Positions 1-17,061 are shown, counted from the first letter of the stretch. The stretch: 64,000 nt of DNA from Eledone cirrhosa (GCA_964016885.1 OZ024741.1:2666001-2730000), one strand, 5' to 3'. Program-made: numbers and translations. Notes: generated by a model from the sequence alone, not told the origin.

Positions 1-5
1 AAATA

Positions 6-68
<63 letters not shown>

Positions 69-260
69 ATATATATATATATGATATATATATATATGAT
101 ATATATATATATATATATGATATATAAATATATATATATATATATGATATATATATATATATGATACATATATATATATATGATATATATATATATATAT
201 ATGAAATATATATATATATATATGATATATATATATATATATGATATATATATATATGTA

Positions 261-334
<74 letters not shown>

Positions 335-381
335 ATATATATATATATATATATGTAAGCTATATATATATATATGTAAGC

Positions 382-418
<37 letters not shown>

Positions 419-452
419 GTATGATATATATATATATTTATATATATATATA

Positions 453-1250
453 TAGGAACCAGTAAGACCCCGACAGCTGAGCTCAAGCCGTTTCGACGGC
501 TAATTCTGGACTAAATGAAAATTTATCCTGGTATTTAAATAGCCGATCTTCTCAAGGGGTAATTCCATATATGGTCAAAGTGATTGTCAAAAATCAGTAG
601 TAATTCTGTGGTTGCAAATTAGTAGGGGAGATGGTGGCTAAACCTGCCAGTAGGAGAAAGAGGGGAGGGGGTAGAGTAGCCCCAATCAAGCGTTTGTAGT
701 GCCAGCTACAGCTGTGCATGAGGTCAAAGAAGATACAAAGTCCTTCTACCCCAGCTCTTCTCCTTTGTCGGCGTCTTTTCTCGCCCACCCGAGGCTGCCC
801 TTTGGCCCCTTGTAGCCTTAGTACCTCCACCCCCTCCCCTAGTCTAGAATAGATTTGGCGGGGTAGAAGAGCTGGGGTAGAAGGACTTTGTATCTTCGTT
901 GACCTCATGCCCAGCTGTAGCTGGCACTACAAACGCTTGATTGGGGCTACTCCACCCCCTCCCCTCTTTCTCCTACTGGCAGGTTTAGCCACCATCTCCC
1001 CTACTAATTTGCAACCACAGAATTACTACTGATTTTTGCCAATCACTTTGACCATATATGGAATTACCCCTTGAGAAGATCGGCTACTTAAATACCAGGA
1101 TAAATTTTCATTTAGTCCAGAATTAGCCGTCGAAACGGCTTGAGCTCAGCTGTCGGGGTCTTACTGGTTCCTATTACCCACTCTACTACCTCAAGTATTG
1201 AGTACTTTGGTGCGTTATGGTCCACCTGGTTCCTTACCACATTTCCTTCG

Positions 1251-1252
<2 letters not shown>
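453..1252 (+). mobile_element. Family A PLE-like fold-back insertion: ~308-bp inverted arms (453-761 / 865-1173) plus ~80-bp 3' tail
   Basis: Arms are near-perfect reverse complements and are flanked by (TA)n; the same tail recurs at 3524-3602, 40540-40620(-), 49380-49495, 51575-51705, 58317-58475. Confidence 0.8.
1066..1159 (+). ncRNA. Type I hammerhead ribozyme, U3-A8 variant (family A); mirror copy 467-560(-), duplicate 3416-3509(+)
   Basis: acccc-TTGAGAA-gatcggcta...tagccgtc-GAAAC-ggcttgagctcagct-GTC-ggggt; stems I, II and III all pair. Confidence 0.7.
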
Positions 1253-1285
<33 letters not shown>

Positions 1286-1346
1286 ATATATATAAATATA
1301 TGTATGATATATATATATATATATATATATGTATGATATATATGTA

Positions 1347-1382
<36 letters not shown>

Positions 1383-1414
1383 TATATATATATATATCAT
1401 ATATATATATATAT

Positions 1415-1451
<37 letters not shown>

Positions 1452-1452
1452 A

Positions 1453-1519
<67 letters not shown>

Positions 1520-1569
1520 TGTATGATATATATATATATATATGTATGATATATATATATATATATGTA

Positions 1570-1640
<71 letters not shown>

Positions 1641-1670
1641 GATATATATATATATATATATATATGTATG

Positions 1671-1702
<32 letters not shown>

Positions 1703-1770
1703 GATATATATATATATATATATATGTATGATATATATATATATATGTATGATATATATATATATATGTA

Positions 1771-1809
<39 letters not shown>

Positions 1810-1952
1810 ATATATATATATATGTGTGTGATATATATATATGTATGATATATATATATATATATGATATTGACATATATATACGTATGATATATATATA
1901 TATATATATATATGCATGATATATATATATGTATGATATATATATATATGTA

Positions 1953-1993
<41 letters not shown>

Positions 1994-2045
1994 ATATATA
2001 TATATATATATATGTATGATATATAAATATATATATATATATGTA

Positions 2046-2090
<45 letters not shown>

Positions 2091-2128
2091 ATATATATAT
2101 ATATATGCATGATATATATATATATGTA

Positions 2129-2248
<120 letters not shown>

Positions 2249-2319
2249 ATATATATATATATATGATATATATACATATGATATATATATAAATATATAT
2301 ATATATGATACATATATAT

Positions 2320-2361
<42 letters not shown>

Positions 2362-2509
2362 ATATATATATGTATGATATATATATATATATGATATATA
2401 TATATAAATATATATATATACATATATGATATTGACATATATATATTTATATATACATATATATATATATGCATGATATATATATATGTATGATATATAT
2501 ATATATGTA

Positions 2510-2556
<47 letters not shown>

Positions 2557-2680
2557 ATATATATATATATGTATGATATATATATATATGTATGATATAT
2601 ATATATATGTAAGATATATATATATATATATATGTATGATATATATATATATATATATATATGTATGATATATATATGTA

Positions 2681-2719
<39 letters not shown>

Positions 2720-2738
2720 ATATATATATATATATGTA

Positions 2739-2781
<43 letters not shown>

Positions 2782-2835
2782 ATATATATATATATATATA
2801 TATGTATGATATATAAATATATATATATATATGTA

Positions 2836-2878
<43 letters not shown>

Positions 2879-2928
2879 ATATATATATATATATGCATGA
2901 TATATATATATATGTATGATATATATAA

Positions 2929-4715
<1,787 letters not shown>

Positions 4716-4866
4716 GATATATATATATGTATGATATATATATATATATGATATATATATATAAATATATATATATACATATATGATATTGACATATATA
4801 TATTTATATATACATATATATATATATGCATGATATATATATATGTATGATATATATATATATGTA

Positions 4867-4911
<45 letters not shown>

Positions 4912-4993
4912 ATATATATATATATGTATGATATATATATATATGTATGATATATATATATATGTAAGATATATATATATATATATATGTATG

Positions 4994-5024
<31 letters not shown>

Positions 5025-5037
5025 ATATATATATGTA

Positions 5038-5076
<39 letters not shown>

Positions 5077-5095
5077 ATATATATATATATATGTA

Positions 5096-5136
<41 letters not shown>

Positions 5137-5190
5137 ATATATATATATATATATATATGTATGATATATAAATATATATATATATATGTA

Positions 5191-5233
<43 letters not shown>

Positions 5234-5271
5234 ATATATATATATATATGCATGATATATATATATATGTA

Positions 5272-5391
<120 letters not shown>

Positions 5392-5462
5392 ATATATATA
5401 TATATATGATATATATACATATGATATATATATAAATATATATATATATGATACATATATAT

Positions 5463-5505
<43 letters not shown>

Positions 5506-5654
5506 TATATATATATGTATGATATATATATATATATGATATATATATATAAATATATATATATACATATATGATATTGACATATATATATTTATATATA
5601 CATATATATATATATGCATGATATATATATATGTATGATATATATATATATGTA

Positions 5655-5703
<49 letters not shown>

Positions 5704-5785
5704 ATATATATATATATGTATGATATATATATATATGTATGATATATATATATATGTAAGATATATATATATATATATATGTATG

Positions 5786-5816
<31 letters not shown>

Positions 5817-6162
5817 ATATATATATGTATGATATATATATATATATATATATGTATGATATATATATATATATGTATGATATCTATATATATATATATA
5901 TATATATGTATGATATATATATATATGTATGATATATATATATATAAAGAAAAAGAGATGAAATCGAAATTGCAACTGGAGTCTTATTTTTTTTTAAATA
6001 TATATATTTATTTGGTTCCTTTACCGGTTTCGTAGTTCTTCTGCTTTTCAAAAGGTGAGTTGAGATGGAGGGTCTGTGGTTTTTCTCACATCTGGTTGGT
6101 CTCTCAATGTTACTTGTTTTATATGGAAAAAGTGGCTCGAAATGCCAGGTTTTTCGAGAAGT

Positions 6163-6696
6163 AAAACAAAACCCAAGAATGAAAAAAGCCCTTGAAACAC
6201 ACAAAACCATCAAAAGCAAAAGACAACCAAAATCACTGAAAACATTACTCACCAATGCCAAATTACCTTCCACAAACCCACAACCAAGTATCAAAAAATG
6301 TGGTCGCTCTAATTGTGGAACCTGCACTCACCTCATTGAAGGCAACACGTATACATTTAAATCAGGACAACATTTTACTGTAAAAAATCACTTCACTTGC
6401 TCATCAAAAAATATAATTTATGCCATTAAATGTAAAGGATGCAATGAAGATTATATAGGACAAACTAAAATCACACTCAGAAACAGAATGACACATTTCA
6501 TCGCCAACAATTACGAGATCCAACCACGAGACAGATACCACTAAGTGCACATCTAGACATTTGCGCAAGTAATAAGACACCCAAATTCCAAGTCTTCCCA
6601 TTTTACCTTTACGCTAACAATACAACAGAACAAATGCGAATAAATAAGGAAAATATGTTTATTCAAAAATATAGACCAACATTTAATATGGTTTAA
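6163..6696 (+). pseudogene. PLE Cys-rich linker plus GIY-YIG endonuclease, frameshifted near 6496 (Neptune-like)
   Basis: CGRSNCGTCTH...NIIYAIKCKGCNEDYIGQTKITLRNRM, then the shifted frame reads HRQQ...LSAHLDIC...RINKENMFIQKYRPTFN*. Confidence 0.88.
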
Positions 6697-7176
6697 TATA
6701 CATTATATCAACACCATAATATGACATACACACATACACATAACACCTTCTACTTTAGAAAATAAAAACCCGAACTAAATAACCCTTAACATACGTTTGC
6801 ACTGACAATACAACAGCAAACACGAATAAGTAAGGAAAATATGTTCATTCAAAAATATTCCTACTAAAGGAATCACTTTCCTACACACACACACATACAC
6901 ACACACACAATATATATATATATATATATTCTCTTCATCTTAACATGCTAACCATACTCCCACACACATAACACCCATACACACACATAACAACCCCTAC
7001 ACCTACAACTCCCTCCCCATTTCTACTAATAGAACCACTTTCCTACACACATATATACACACACACACAAAATATATATTCTCTCCATCTTAACATACTC
7101 GCACACACACACATAACACCCATATACACACACACACAACTCCCTCCCCCATTTCTACTAATAGAATCATCTTCCA

Positions 7177-7232
<56 letters not shown>

Positions 7233-8053
7233 GCACACAAATAAACATACATATCTTCACTTCAATACAAAATCTGAACTCTGACACCAGTGAACTAACC
7301 ATATTCAGTGAACCAGAACAATTCTCCCAATCCCATTTCTCTTGACCACTAACTTTTCATTGTCATAACATTCGCTATAAAGACTACAGAATAGTTTTCC
7401 AAATAAGGGCGCAAAAATGTAATGAAAACTTGTTCACTTGACAGCCAAATTTCATTTATAACCAATCAAATCACGTTTATTAAAAAAAAGCCTTCGTGAG
7501 CCACCTTTTTTTAAAGTAAAGAAATTCAAACACACACACACACACACGCACACACACACACACACAAGCACACAAATAAACACACATATCTTTACTTTCT
7601 TTATTCAATAGAAAATCTGAATTCTGACACCCCAGCGAACTAACCATATTCACTGAACCAGAACAATTCTCCATCCCTTTCTCAAAAATTCTCTAAAAAG
7701 GCTACAGAATGGATTTCCAAATAAGGGCACAAACATTTAATGAAAATTTGTTCACGTGACAGCCATAATTTCATTTATAACCAACCCCAAAAAAGCCTTC
7801 GTGAGCCTCCTTTTTTCAAGTAAAAAGAAATTCAAACATTCATATATGAAAAAAACAACCTGTGACAACCCCCCTCTTATTTGAAGAACTATTGTAACGC
7901 GAACTGGCGCGAAATTTATTATAATTATTGACAAACCAATCAAATTACTTCTCGAAAAACCTGGCATTTCGAGCCACTTTTTCCATATAAAACAAGTAAC
8001 ATTCAGAGACCAACCAGATGTGAGAAAAACCACAGACCCTCCATCTCAACTCA

Positions 8054-8091
8054 CCTTTTGAAAAGCAGAAGAACTGCGAAACCGGTAAAGG
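8054..8091 (+). ncRNA. Minimal type I hammerhead, U3-A8 variant (family B); other copies 6018-6055(-), ~10830-10867(-), 10940-10977(+), 38798-38835(-), 38895-38932(+)
   Basis: cctt-TTGAAAA-gcag-aagaa-ctgc-GAAAC-cg-GTA-aagg with palindromic stem III ACCGGT. Confidence 0.75.
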
Positions 8092-8250
8092 AACCAAATA
8101 AATATATATATTTAAAAAAAAAATAAGACTCAGTTGCATTTTCGATTTCATCTCATTTTCTTTATACTTTCACTCGTGTAGGACACCTCGGTTATTTTTC
8201 ATTTTGTAAAAAAAACCTCTCTTTCTAATATATATATATATATATATATA

Positions 8251-8860
8251 TGGTGCCAACCTTAACCGATGTTACTCTATGAATAACTGGGACAAGCCAA
8301 TCCGAATGGATTAGAATCGATTAGACTATATATATATATAACATCGGTTAAGGTTGGCACCATTAACTCAAGGATGGATGTGGATATATTCATGCATATG
8401 TGTGTGTCCGCATGTATTTGTGTGTTTCTCAATATATTGTTTATAACTCCCTCTGGTCGAGTAATCTTTGAAGTGTAGTGACTGCTGGAAAGCTGCCATT
8501 ACTCATACTTCTCACCTCCTTAACCACCTCCTCTACGGCCTCGATATAAATACGCCCTCCGCCTCCGTGGTATTTTTTCAGGGTTATAAGGGGCTTAGCT
8601 CTGTTTCGTGACGGTTGTATCACGTGACTGACTCCCCTCCGCCTTTTGGGATTGTATCTCACATCTTATAGACGCGTTCTTGAGGCTAGTAAAAGGAGGT
8701 ATCCTCTTGATAAGTCGGCAGACCTCACAAAAGCTGTATATCTCTATGATGTATTGTTTTTGATTATGCCACGAAACTACGTAGTCGAGGAATCTAGAAG
8801 CAGTTTAGGTATGATACATCTTATTACTAATTATATCTAAATGTTTCTTCTCTCTTCATA
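8251..8860 (+). mobile_element. Family C PLE-like insertion with a 24-bp inverted repeat at its 5' end (8251-8274 / 8339-8362)
   Basis: tggtgccaaccttaaccgatgtta / taacatcggttaaggttggcacca; HHR near the 3' end; TA-flanked. Confidence 0.6.
8702..8791 (+). ncRNA. Type I hammerhead, U3-A8 variant with long stem II (family C)
   Basis: tcctc-TTGATAA-gtcggca...tgccac-GAAAC-tacgta-GTC-gagga. Confidence 0.72.
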
Positions 8861-8927
8861 ATATATATATATATATATATATATATGATATATATATATA
8901 TGATATATATATATATGATATATATAC

Positions 8928-9110
8928 GATATTAAACAAATGGAAACTACATTTATAAAACCATATTTATTTCATTATATAAATTTCAGGGATATCATAT
9001 TAAAAATATCATATTAAAAATATGGTATGCCCTCTTCAGACAAAATACAATATAAACAGTTTTATAATAAATTTGACATACCTTAAAAAATGTTAAACTT
9101 CCATTTAAAA
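8928..9110 (-). mobile_element. Family D arm with hammerhead (CTGAAGA...GAAAT..ATA) on the minus strand
   Basis: Reverse complement closely matches 17880-18035 and is related to 29013-29310. Confidence 0.65.
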
Positions 9111-9639
9111 AGTTGTTATGGTAGTGAGAATGTTAAGGACAGTTAGAAAGAAAGACGGAGAAAAAAGAAAAAAGAAAAAGAAGGAAAAAAAAAGAAAAGA
9201 AAGAGCGGAAGGTGAAGAAGATGAAGAAATGTATGTAAAGAGAAGAACACCAAATGAGAGATATATGAGGGAAGGGGGTACTGTAATTATTTATTTATTT
9301 ATTTATTTATTTAGTGTTAAGGATACGGGGAGAAATAAAAACAAAAACAAAAATAAATAAGGAGAGGTAGATCGAGTAATATCTATTATACGAGGTGGGA
9401 GAGATAGGGGAGGGGTGAGATACAGGAGATATATATATATATATATGATATATATATATGATATATATATATATATGATATATATATATATGATTTATAT
9501 ATATATGATATATATATATATATATATATATAAATATGATATATATATATATATGTATGATATATATATACTATATATATATATATGATATATCTATATA
9601 TATGTACGATATATATATATATATATTTATATATATGTA

Positions 9640-9676
<37 letters not shown>

Positions 9677-9735
9677 ATATAATATATATATATTTATATA
9701 TATGTATGATATATATATATTTATATATATGTATG

Positions 9736-9769
<34 letters not shown>

Positions 9770-9772
9770 GTA

Positions 9773-9810
<38 letters not shown>

Positions 9811-9915
9811 ATGATATATATATATATATATATGTATGATATATATATGATATATATATATGATATATATATATATGTATGATATATATATAAATCTATG
9901 ATATATATATATGTA

Positions 9916-9952
<37 letters not shown>

Positions 9953-9971
9953 ATATATATATATATGTATG

Positions 9972-10020
<49 letters not shown>

Positions 10021-10150
10021 ATATATATATATATATGTATGATATATATATATATATATATATGTATGATATATATATATATATGTATGATATATATATA
10101 TATATGTGTGATATATATATATATATCTATGATATATATATATATGTATG

Positions 10151-10181
<31 letters not shown>

Positions 10182-10275
10182 TGTATGATATATATATATA
10201 TATATGTATGATATATATATATATATATGTATGATATATATATATATATATGTATGATATATATTTATATGTATA

Positions 10276-10314
<39 letters not shown>

Positions 10315-10713
10315 GTATGATATATATATATATGATATATATATATGATATATATATATGATATATATATATATATATATATATGATATATATATATATA
10401 TATGATATATATATATATATATATATATATGATATATATATATATATATGATATATATATATATATATGATATATATATATATGATATATATATATATAT
10501 ATGATATATATATGATATATATATATGATATATATATATATGTATGATATATATATATATATATATATATATGATATATATATATATATATATATGATAT
10601 ATATATATATATATGATATATATATATATATATATATATATGATATATATATATATATATATGATATATATATATATATATATGATATATATATGATATA
10701 TATATGATATATA

Positions 10714-10756
<43 letters not shown>

Positions 10757-10761
<5 letters not shown>

Positions 10762-11115
10762 AAAAAGAGATGAAATCGAAAATGTAACTGAAGTCTTATT
10801 TTTTAAAAAATATATATATTTATTTGGTTCCTTTACCGGATTCGCAGTTCTTCTGCTTTTAAAAAGGTGAGTTGAGATGGAGGGTCTGTGGTTTTTCTCA
10901 CATCTGTGAGAAAAACCACAGACCCTCCATCTCAACTCACCTTTTGAAAAGCAGAAGAACTGCGAATCCGGTAAAGGAACCAAATAAATATATATATTTT
11001 AAAAAAAAATAAGACTTCATTTGCATTTTCGATTTCATCTCTTTTTCTTTATACTTTCACTCGTGTAGGACACCTCGGTTATTTTTCATTTTGTAAAAAA
11101 AACCTCACTTTCTAA
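10757..11115 (+). mobile_element. Family B short fold-back copy (inverted pLTR plus pLTR with tail)
   Basis: Palindrome centred at ~10903; same 3' tail as 8166-8228. Confidence 0.85.
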
Positions 11116-11330
11116 TATATATGTATATATATATATATATGTATGATATATATATATATATGATATATATATATATATATATGTATGATATATATATATG
11201 TATGATATATATATATATATATGATGTATATATATGATATATATATATATATATGTATGATATATATTTATATATATATATATGTATGATATATATATAT
11301 GTATGATATATATATATATATATATATATA

Positions 11331-14300
11331 TAAATTGAAACAAAATGAAAACGAAATTTCATTTCTCACTCTTAGTATGGCACTTACTTAAATGTAAGTA
11401 TGCATGTATACGTACATACATATATGTATACAGACGTACAGTAGCATGCACATATATATATATATATACATATATATATACATATGCATACAGGTACACA
11501 TACATATATGCACGTATCAGTTTAGCGGCGCTAACGTCGCTTTGTTCGTTTGTAAACAAACTGAACAGCCTGAATTTATGCCATACGGTGTTAAGGCAAC
11601 CACGTCACCTTTTTGTTCAACACTGACACAGGAACGATGTACTAGTTTCAAGCTTGTTAGCTATCATCAGCACCGTTTACCCATCTGCCAGATAGTTGAA
11701 CGTTCGAAAGTATATACTTTCCTTATGAAAATTAACGGCTGAGCAGCCTAATTTGCATATTGAGTGAGTTAAATCGGTCAGGCATACCGAAAACGATAAA
11801 TTGAAACAAAATGAAAACGAAATTTCATTTCTCACTCTTAGTATGGCACTTACTTAAATGTAAGTATGCATGTATACGTACATACATATATGTATACAGA
11901 CGTACAGTAGCATGCACATATATATATATATATACATATATATATACATATGCATACAGGTACACATACATATATGCACGTATCAGTTTAGCGGCGCTAA
12001 CGTCGCTTTGTTCGTTTGTAAACAAACTGAACAGCCTGAATTTATGCCATACGGTGTTAAGGCAACCACGTCACCTTTTTGTTCAACACTGACACAGGAA
12101 CGATGTACTAGTTTCAAGCTTGTTAGCTATCATCAGCACCGTTTACCCATCTGCCAGATAGTTGAACGTTCGAAAGTATATACTTTCCTTATGAAAATTA
12201 ACGGCTGAGCAGCCTAATTTGCATATTGAGTGAGTTAAATCGGTCAGGCATACCGAAAACGATAAATTGAAACAAAATGAAAACGAAATTTCATTTCTCA
12301 CTCTTAGTATGGCACTTACTTAAATGTGAGTATGCATGTATACGTACATACATATATGTATACAGACGTACAGTAGCATGCACATATATATATATATATA
12401 CATATATATATACATATGCATACAGGTACACATACATATATGCACGTATCAGTTTAGCGGCGCTAACGTCGCTTTGTTCGTTTGTAAACAAACTGAACAG
12501 CCTGAATTTATGCCATACGGTGTTAAGGCAACCACGTCACCTTTTTGTTCAACACTGACACAGGAACGATGTACTAGTTTCAAGCTTGTTAGCTATCATC
12601 AGCACCGTTTACCCATCTGCCAGATAGTTGAACGTTCGAAAGTATATACTTTCCTTATGAAAATTAACGGCTGAGCAGCCTAATTTGCATATTGAGTGAG
12701 TTAAATCGGTCAGGCATACCGAAAACGATAAATTGAAACAAAATGAAAACGAAATTTCATTTCTCACTCTTAGTATGGCACTTACTTAAATGTAAGTATG
12801 CATGTATACGTACATACATATATGTATACAGACGTACAGTAGCATGCACATATATATATATATATACATATATATATACATATGCATACAGGTACCCATA
12901 CATATATGCACGTATCAGTTTAGCGGCGCTAACGTCGCTTTGTTCGTTTGTAAACAAACTGAACAGCCTGAATTTATGCCATACGGTGTTAAGGCAACCA
13001 CGTCACCTTTTTGTTCAACACTGACACAGGAACGATGTACTAGTTTCAAGCTTGTTAGCTATCATCAGCACCGTTTACCCATCTGCCAGATAGTTGAACG
13101 TTCGAAAGTATATACTTTCCTTATGAAAATTAACGGCTGAGCAGCCTAATTTGCATATTGAGTGAGTTAAATCGGTCAGGCATACCGAAAACGATAAATT
13201 GAAACAAAATGAAAACGAAATTTCATTTCTCACTCTTAGTATGGCACTTACTTAAATGTAAGTATGCATGTATACGTACATACATATATGTATACAGACG
13301 TACAGTAGCATGCACATATATATATATATATACATATATATATACATATGCATACAGGTACACATACATATATGCACGTATCAGTTTAGCGGCGCTAACG
13401 TCGCTTTGTTCGTTTGTAAACAAACTGAACAGCCTGAATTTATGCCATACGGTGTTAAGGCAACCACGTCACCTTTTTGTTCAACACTGACACAGGAACG
13501 ATGTACTAGTTTCAAGCTTGTTAGCTATCATCAGCACCGTTTACCCATCTGCCAGATAGTTGAACGTTCGAAAGTATATACTTTCCTTATGAAAATTAAC
13601 GGCTGAGCAGCCTAATTTGCATATTGAGTGAGTTAAATCGGTCAGGCATACCGAAAACGATAAATTGAAACAAAATGAAAACGAAATTTCATTTCTCACT
13701 CTTAGTATGGCACTTACTTAAATGTAAGTATGCATGTATACGTACATACATATATGTATACAGACGTACAGTAGCATGCACATATATATATATATATACA
13801 TATATATATACATATGCATACAGGTACACATACATATATGCACGTATCAGTTTAGCGGCGCTAACGTCGCTTTGTTCGTTTGTAAATAAACTGAACAGCC
13901 TGAATTTATGCCATACGGTGTTAAGGCAACCACGTCACCTTTTTGTTCAACACTGACACAGGAACGATGTACTAGTTTCAAGCTTGTTAGCTATCATCAG
14001 CACCGTTTACCCATCTGCCAGATAGTTGAACGTTCGAAAGTATATACTTTCCTTATGAAAATTAACGGCTGAGCAGCCTAATTTGCATATTGAGTGAGTT
14101 AAATCGGTCAGGCATACCGAAAACGATAAATTGAAACAAAATGAAAACGAAATTTCATTTCTCACTCTTAGTATGGCACTTACTTAAATGTAAGTATGCA
14201 TGTATACGTACATACATATATGTATACAGACGTACAGTAGCATGCACATATATATATATATATACATATATATATACATATGCATACAGGTACACATACA

Positions 14301-16768
14301 TATATGCACGTATCAGTTTAGCGGCGCTAACGTCGCTTTGTTCGTTTGTAAACAAACTGAACAGCCTGAATTTATGCCATACGGTGTTAAGGCAACCACG
14401 TCACCTTTTTGTTCAACACTGACACAGGAACGATGTACTAGTTTCAAGCTTGTTAGCTATCATCAGCACCGTTTACCCATCTGCCAGATAGTTGAACGTT
14501 CGAAAGTATATACTTTCCTTATGAAAATTAACGGCTGAGCAGCCTAATTTGCATATTGAGTGAGTTAAATCGGTCAGGCATACCGAAAACGATAAATTGA
14601 AACAAAATGAAAACGAAATTTCATTTCTCACTCTTAGTATGGCACTTACTTAAATGTGAGTATGCATGTATACGTACATACATATATGTATACAGACGTA
14701 CAGTAGCATGCACATATATATATATATATACATATATATATACATATGCATACAGGTACACATACATATATGCACGTATCAGTTTAGCGGCTCTAACGTC
14801 GCTTTGTTCGTTTGTAAACAAACTGAACAGCCTGAATTTATGCCATACGGTGTTAAGGCAACCACGTCACCTTTTTGTTCAACACTGACACAGGAACGAT
14901 GTACTAGTTTCAAGCTTGTTAGCTATCATCAGCACCGTTTACCCATCTGCCAGATAGTTGAACGTTCGAAAGTATATACTTTCCTTATGAAAATTAACGG
15001 CTGAGCAGCCTAATTTGCATATTGAGTGAGTTAAATCGGTCAGGCATACCGAAAACGATAAATTGAAACAAAATGAAAACGAAATTTCATTTCTCACTCT
15101 TAGTATGGCACTTACTTAAATGTAAGTATGCATGTATACGTACATACATATATGTATACAGACGTACAGTAGCATGCACATATATATATATATATACATA
15201 TATATATACATATGCATACAGGTACCCATACATATATGCACGTATCAGTTTAGCGGCGCTAACGTCGCTTTGTTCGTTTGTAAACAAACTGAACAGCCTG
15301 AATTTATGCCATACGGTGTTAAGGCAACCACGTCACCTTTTTGTTCAACACTGACACAGGAACGATGTACTAGTTTCAAGCTTGTTAGCTATCATCAGCA
15401 CCGTTTACCCATCTGCCAGATAGTTGAACGTTCGAAAGTATATACTTTCCTTATGAAAATTAACGGCTGAGCAGCCTAATTTGCATATTGAGTGAGTTAA
15501 ATCGGTCAGGCATACCGAAAACGATAAATTGAAACAAAATGAAAACGAAATTTCATTTCTCACTCTTAGTATGGCACTTACTTAAATGTAAGTATGCATG
15601 TATACGTACATACATATATGTATACAGACGTACAGTAGCATGCACATATATATATATATATACATATATATATACATATGCATACAGGTACACATACATA
15701 TATGCACGTATCAGTTTAGCGGCGCTAACGTCGCTTTGTTCGTTTGTAAACAAACTGAACAGCCTGAATTTATGCCATACGGTGTTAAGGCAACCACGTC
15801 ACCTTTTTGTTCAACACTGACACAGGAACGATGTACTAGTTTCAAGCTTGTTAGCTATCATCAGCACCGTTTACCCATCTGCCAGATAGTTGAACGTTCG
15901 AAAGTATATACTTTCCTTATGAAAATTAACGGCTGAGCAGCCTAATTTGCATATTGAGTGAGTTAAATCGGTCAGGCATACCGAAAACGATAAATTGAAA
16001 CAAAATGAAAACGAAATTTCATTTCTCACTCTTAGTATGGCACTTACTTAAATGTAAGTATGCATGTATACGTACATACATATATGTATACAGACGTACA
16101 GTAGCATGCACATATATATATATATATACATATGCATACAGGTACACATACATATATGCACGTATCAGTTTAGCGGCGCTAACGTCGCTTTGTTCGTTTG
16201 TAAACAAACTGAACAGCCTGAATTTATGCCATACGGTGTTAAGGCAACCACGTCACCTTTTTGTTCAACACTGACACAGGAACGATGTACTAGTTTCAAG
16301 CTTGTTAGCTATCATCAGCACCGTTTACCCATCTGCCAGATAGTTGAACGTTCGAAAGTATATACTTTCCTTATGAAAATTAACGGCTGAGCAGCCTAAT
16401 TTGCATATTGAGTGAGTTAAATCGGTCAGGCATACCGAAAACGATAAATTGAAACAAAATGAAAACGAAATTTCATTTCTCACTCTTAGTATGGCACTTA
16501 CTTAAATGTAAGTATGCATGTATACGTACATACATATATGTATACAGACGTACAGTAGCATGCACATATATATATATATATACATATATATATACATATG
16601 CATACAGGTACACATACATATATGCACGTATCAGTTTAGCGGCGCTAACGTCGCTTTGTTCGTTTGTAAATGTTTGCATATGTATATATATATGTATATA
16701 TATATATATATGTGCATGCTACTGTACGTCTGTATACATATATGTATGTACGTATACATGCATACTTA
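11331..16768 (-). repeat. Retrozyme-like tandem array: 11 full ~466-bp monomers plus a partial 12th, ending in a ~95-bp inverted segment (16674-16768)
   Basis: Period 466 (ORF starts 11345, 11811 ... 16005; the 11th unit is 454 bp); one minus-strand HHR per monomer; TA-flanked. Confidence 0.92.
11633..11677 (-). ncRNA. Minimal type I hammerhead ribozyme (first of 11 copies, one per monomer)
   Basis: Minus strand: aacggtg-CTGATGA-t-agct-aaca-agct-t-GAAAC-ta-GTA-catcgtt; palindromic stem III ACTAGT. Confidence 0.85.
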
Positions 16769-16987
16769 TATATATATATATATATATATATGTATGATAT
16801 ATATATATATATATATGTATGATATATATATATATATATATGTATGATATATATATATATATATGTATGATATATATATATATATATATATTAATTTGTA
16901 TGATATATATATATATATATGTATGATATATATATATATATATATATTAATATGTATGATATATATATATATATATATTAATATGTA

Positions 16988-17057
<70 letters not shown>

Positions 17058-17061
<4 letters not shown>

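Larger units (their letters stand above)
5945..8228 (+). mobile_element. Family B 5'-truncated Penelope-like retroelement with inverted 5' pseudo-LTR (5945-6163 is the reverse complement of 7945-8165)
   Basis: GIY-YIG remnant, CA-rich 3' region with internal duplications, terminal HHR, inverted arm, (TA)n on both sides. Confidence 0.88.

Noticed and set aside
594-908. 104-aa ORF in the family A palindrome
   Set aside because: It spans the inversion junction and has no recognisable motif
6065-6162. N-terminal part of the 159-aa ORF
   Set aside because: It derives from the inverted pLTR, fused in frame by chance
11345-16847. Repeated 93/66/112-aa ORFs in the 466-bp array, or a CRISPR-like array
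   Set aside because: The ORFs are low-complexity with no domain; units are identical with no variable spacers and the context is eukaryotic
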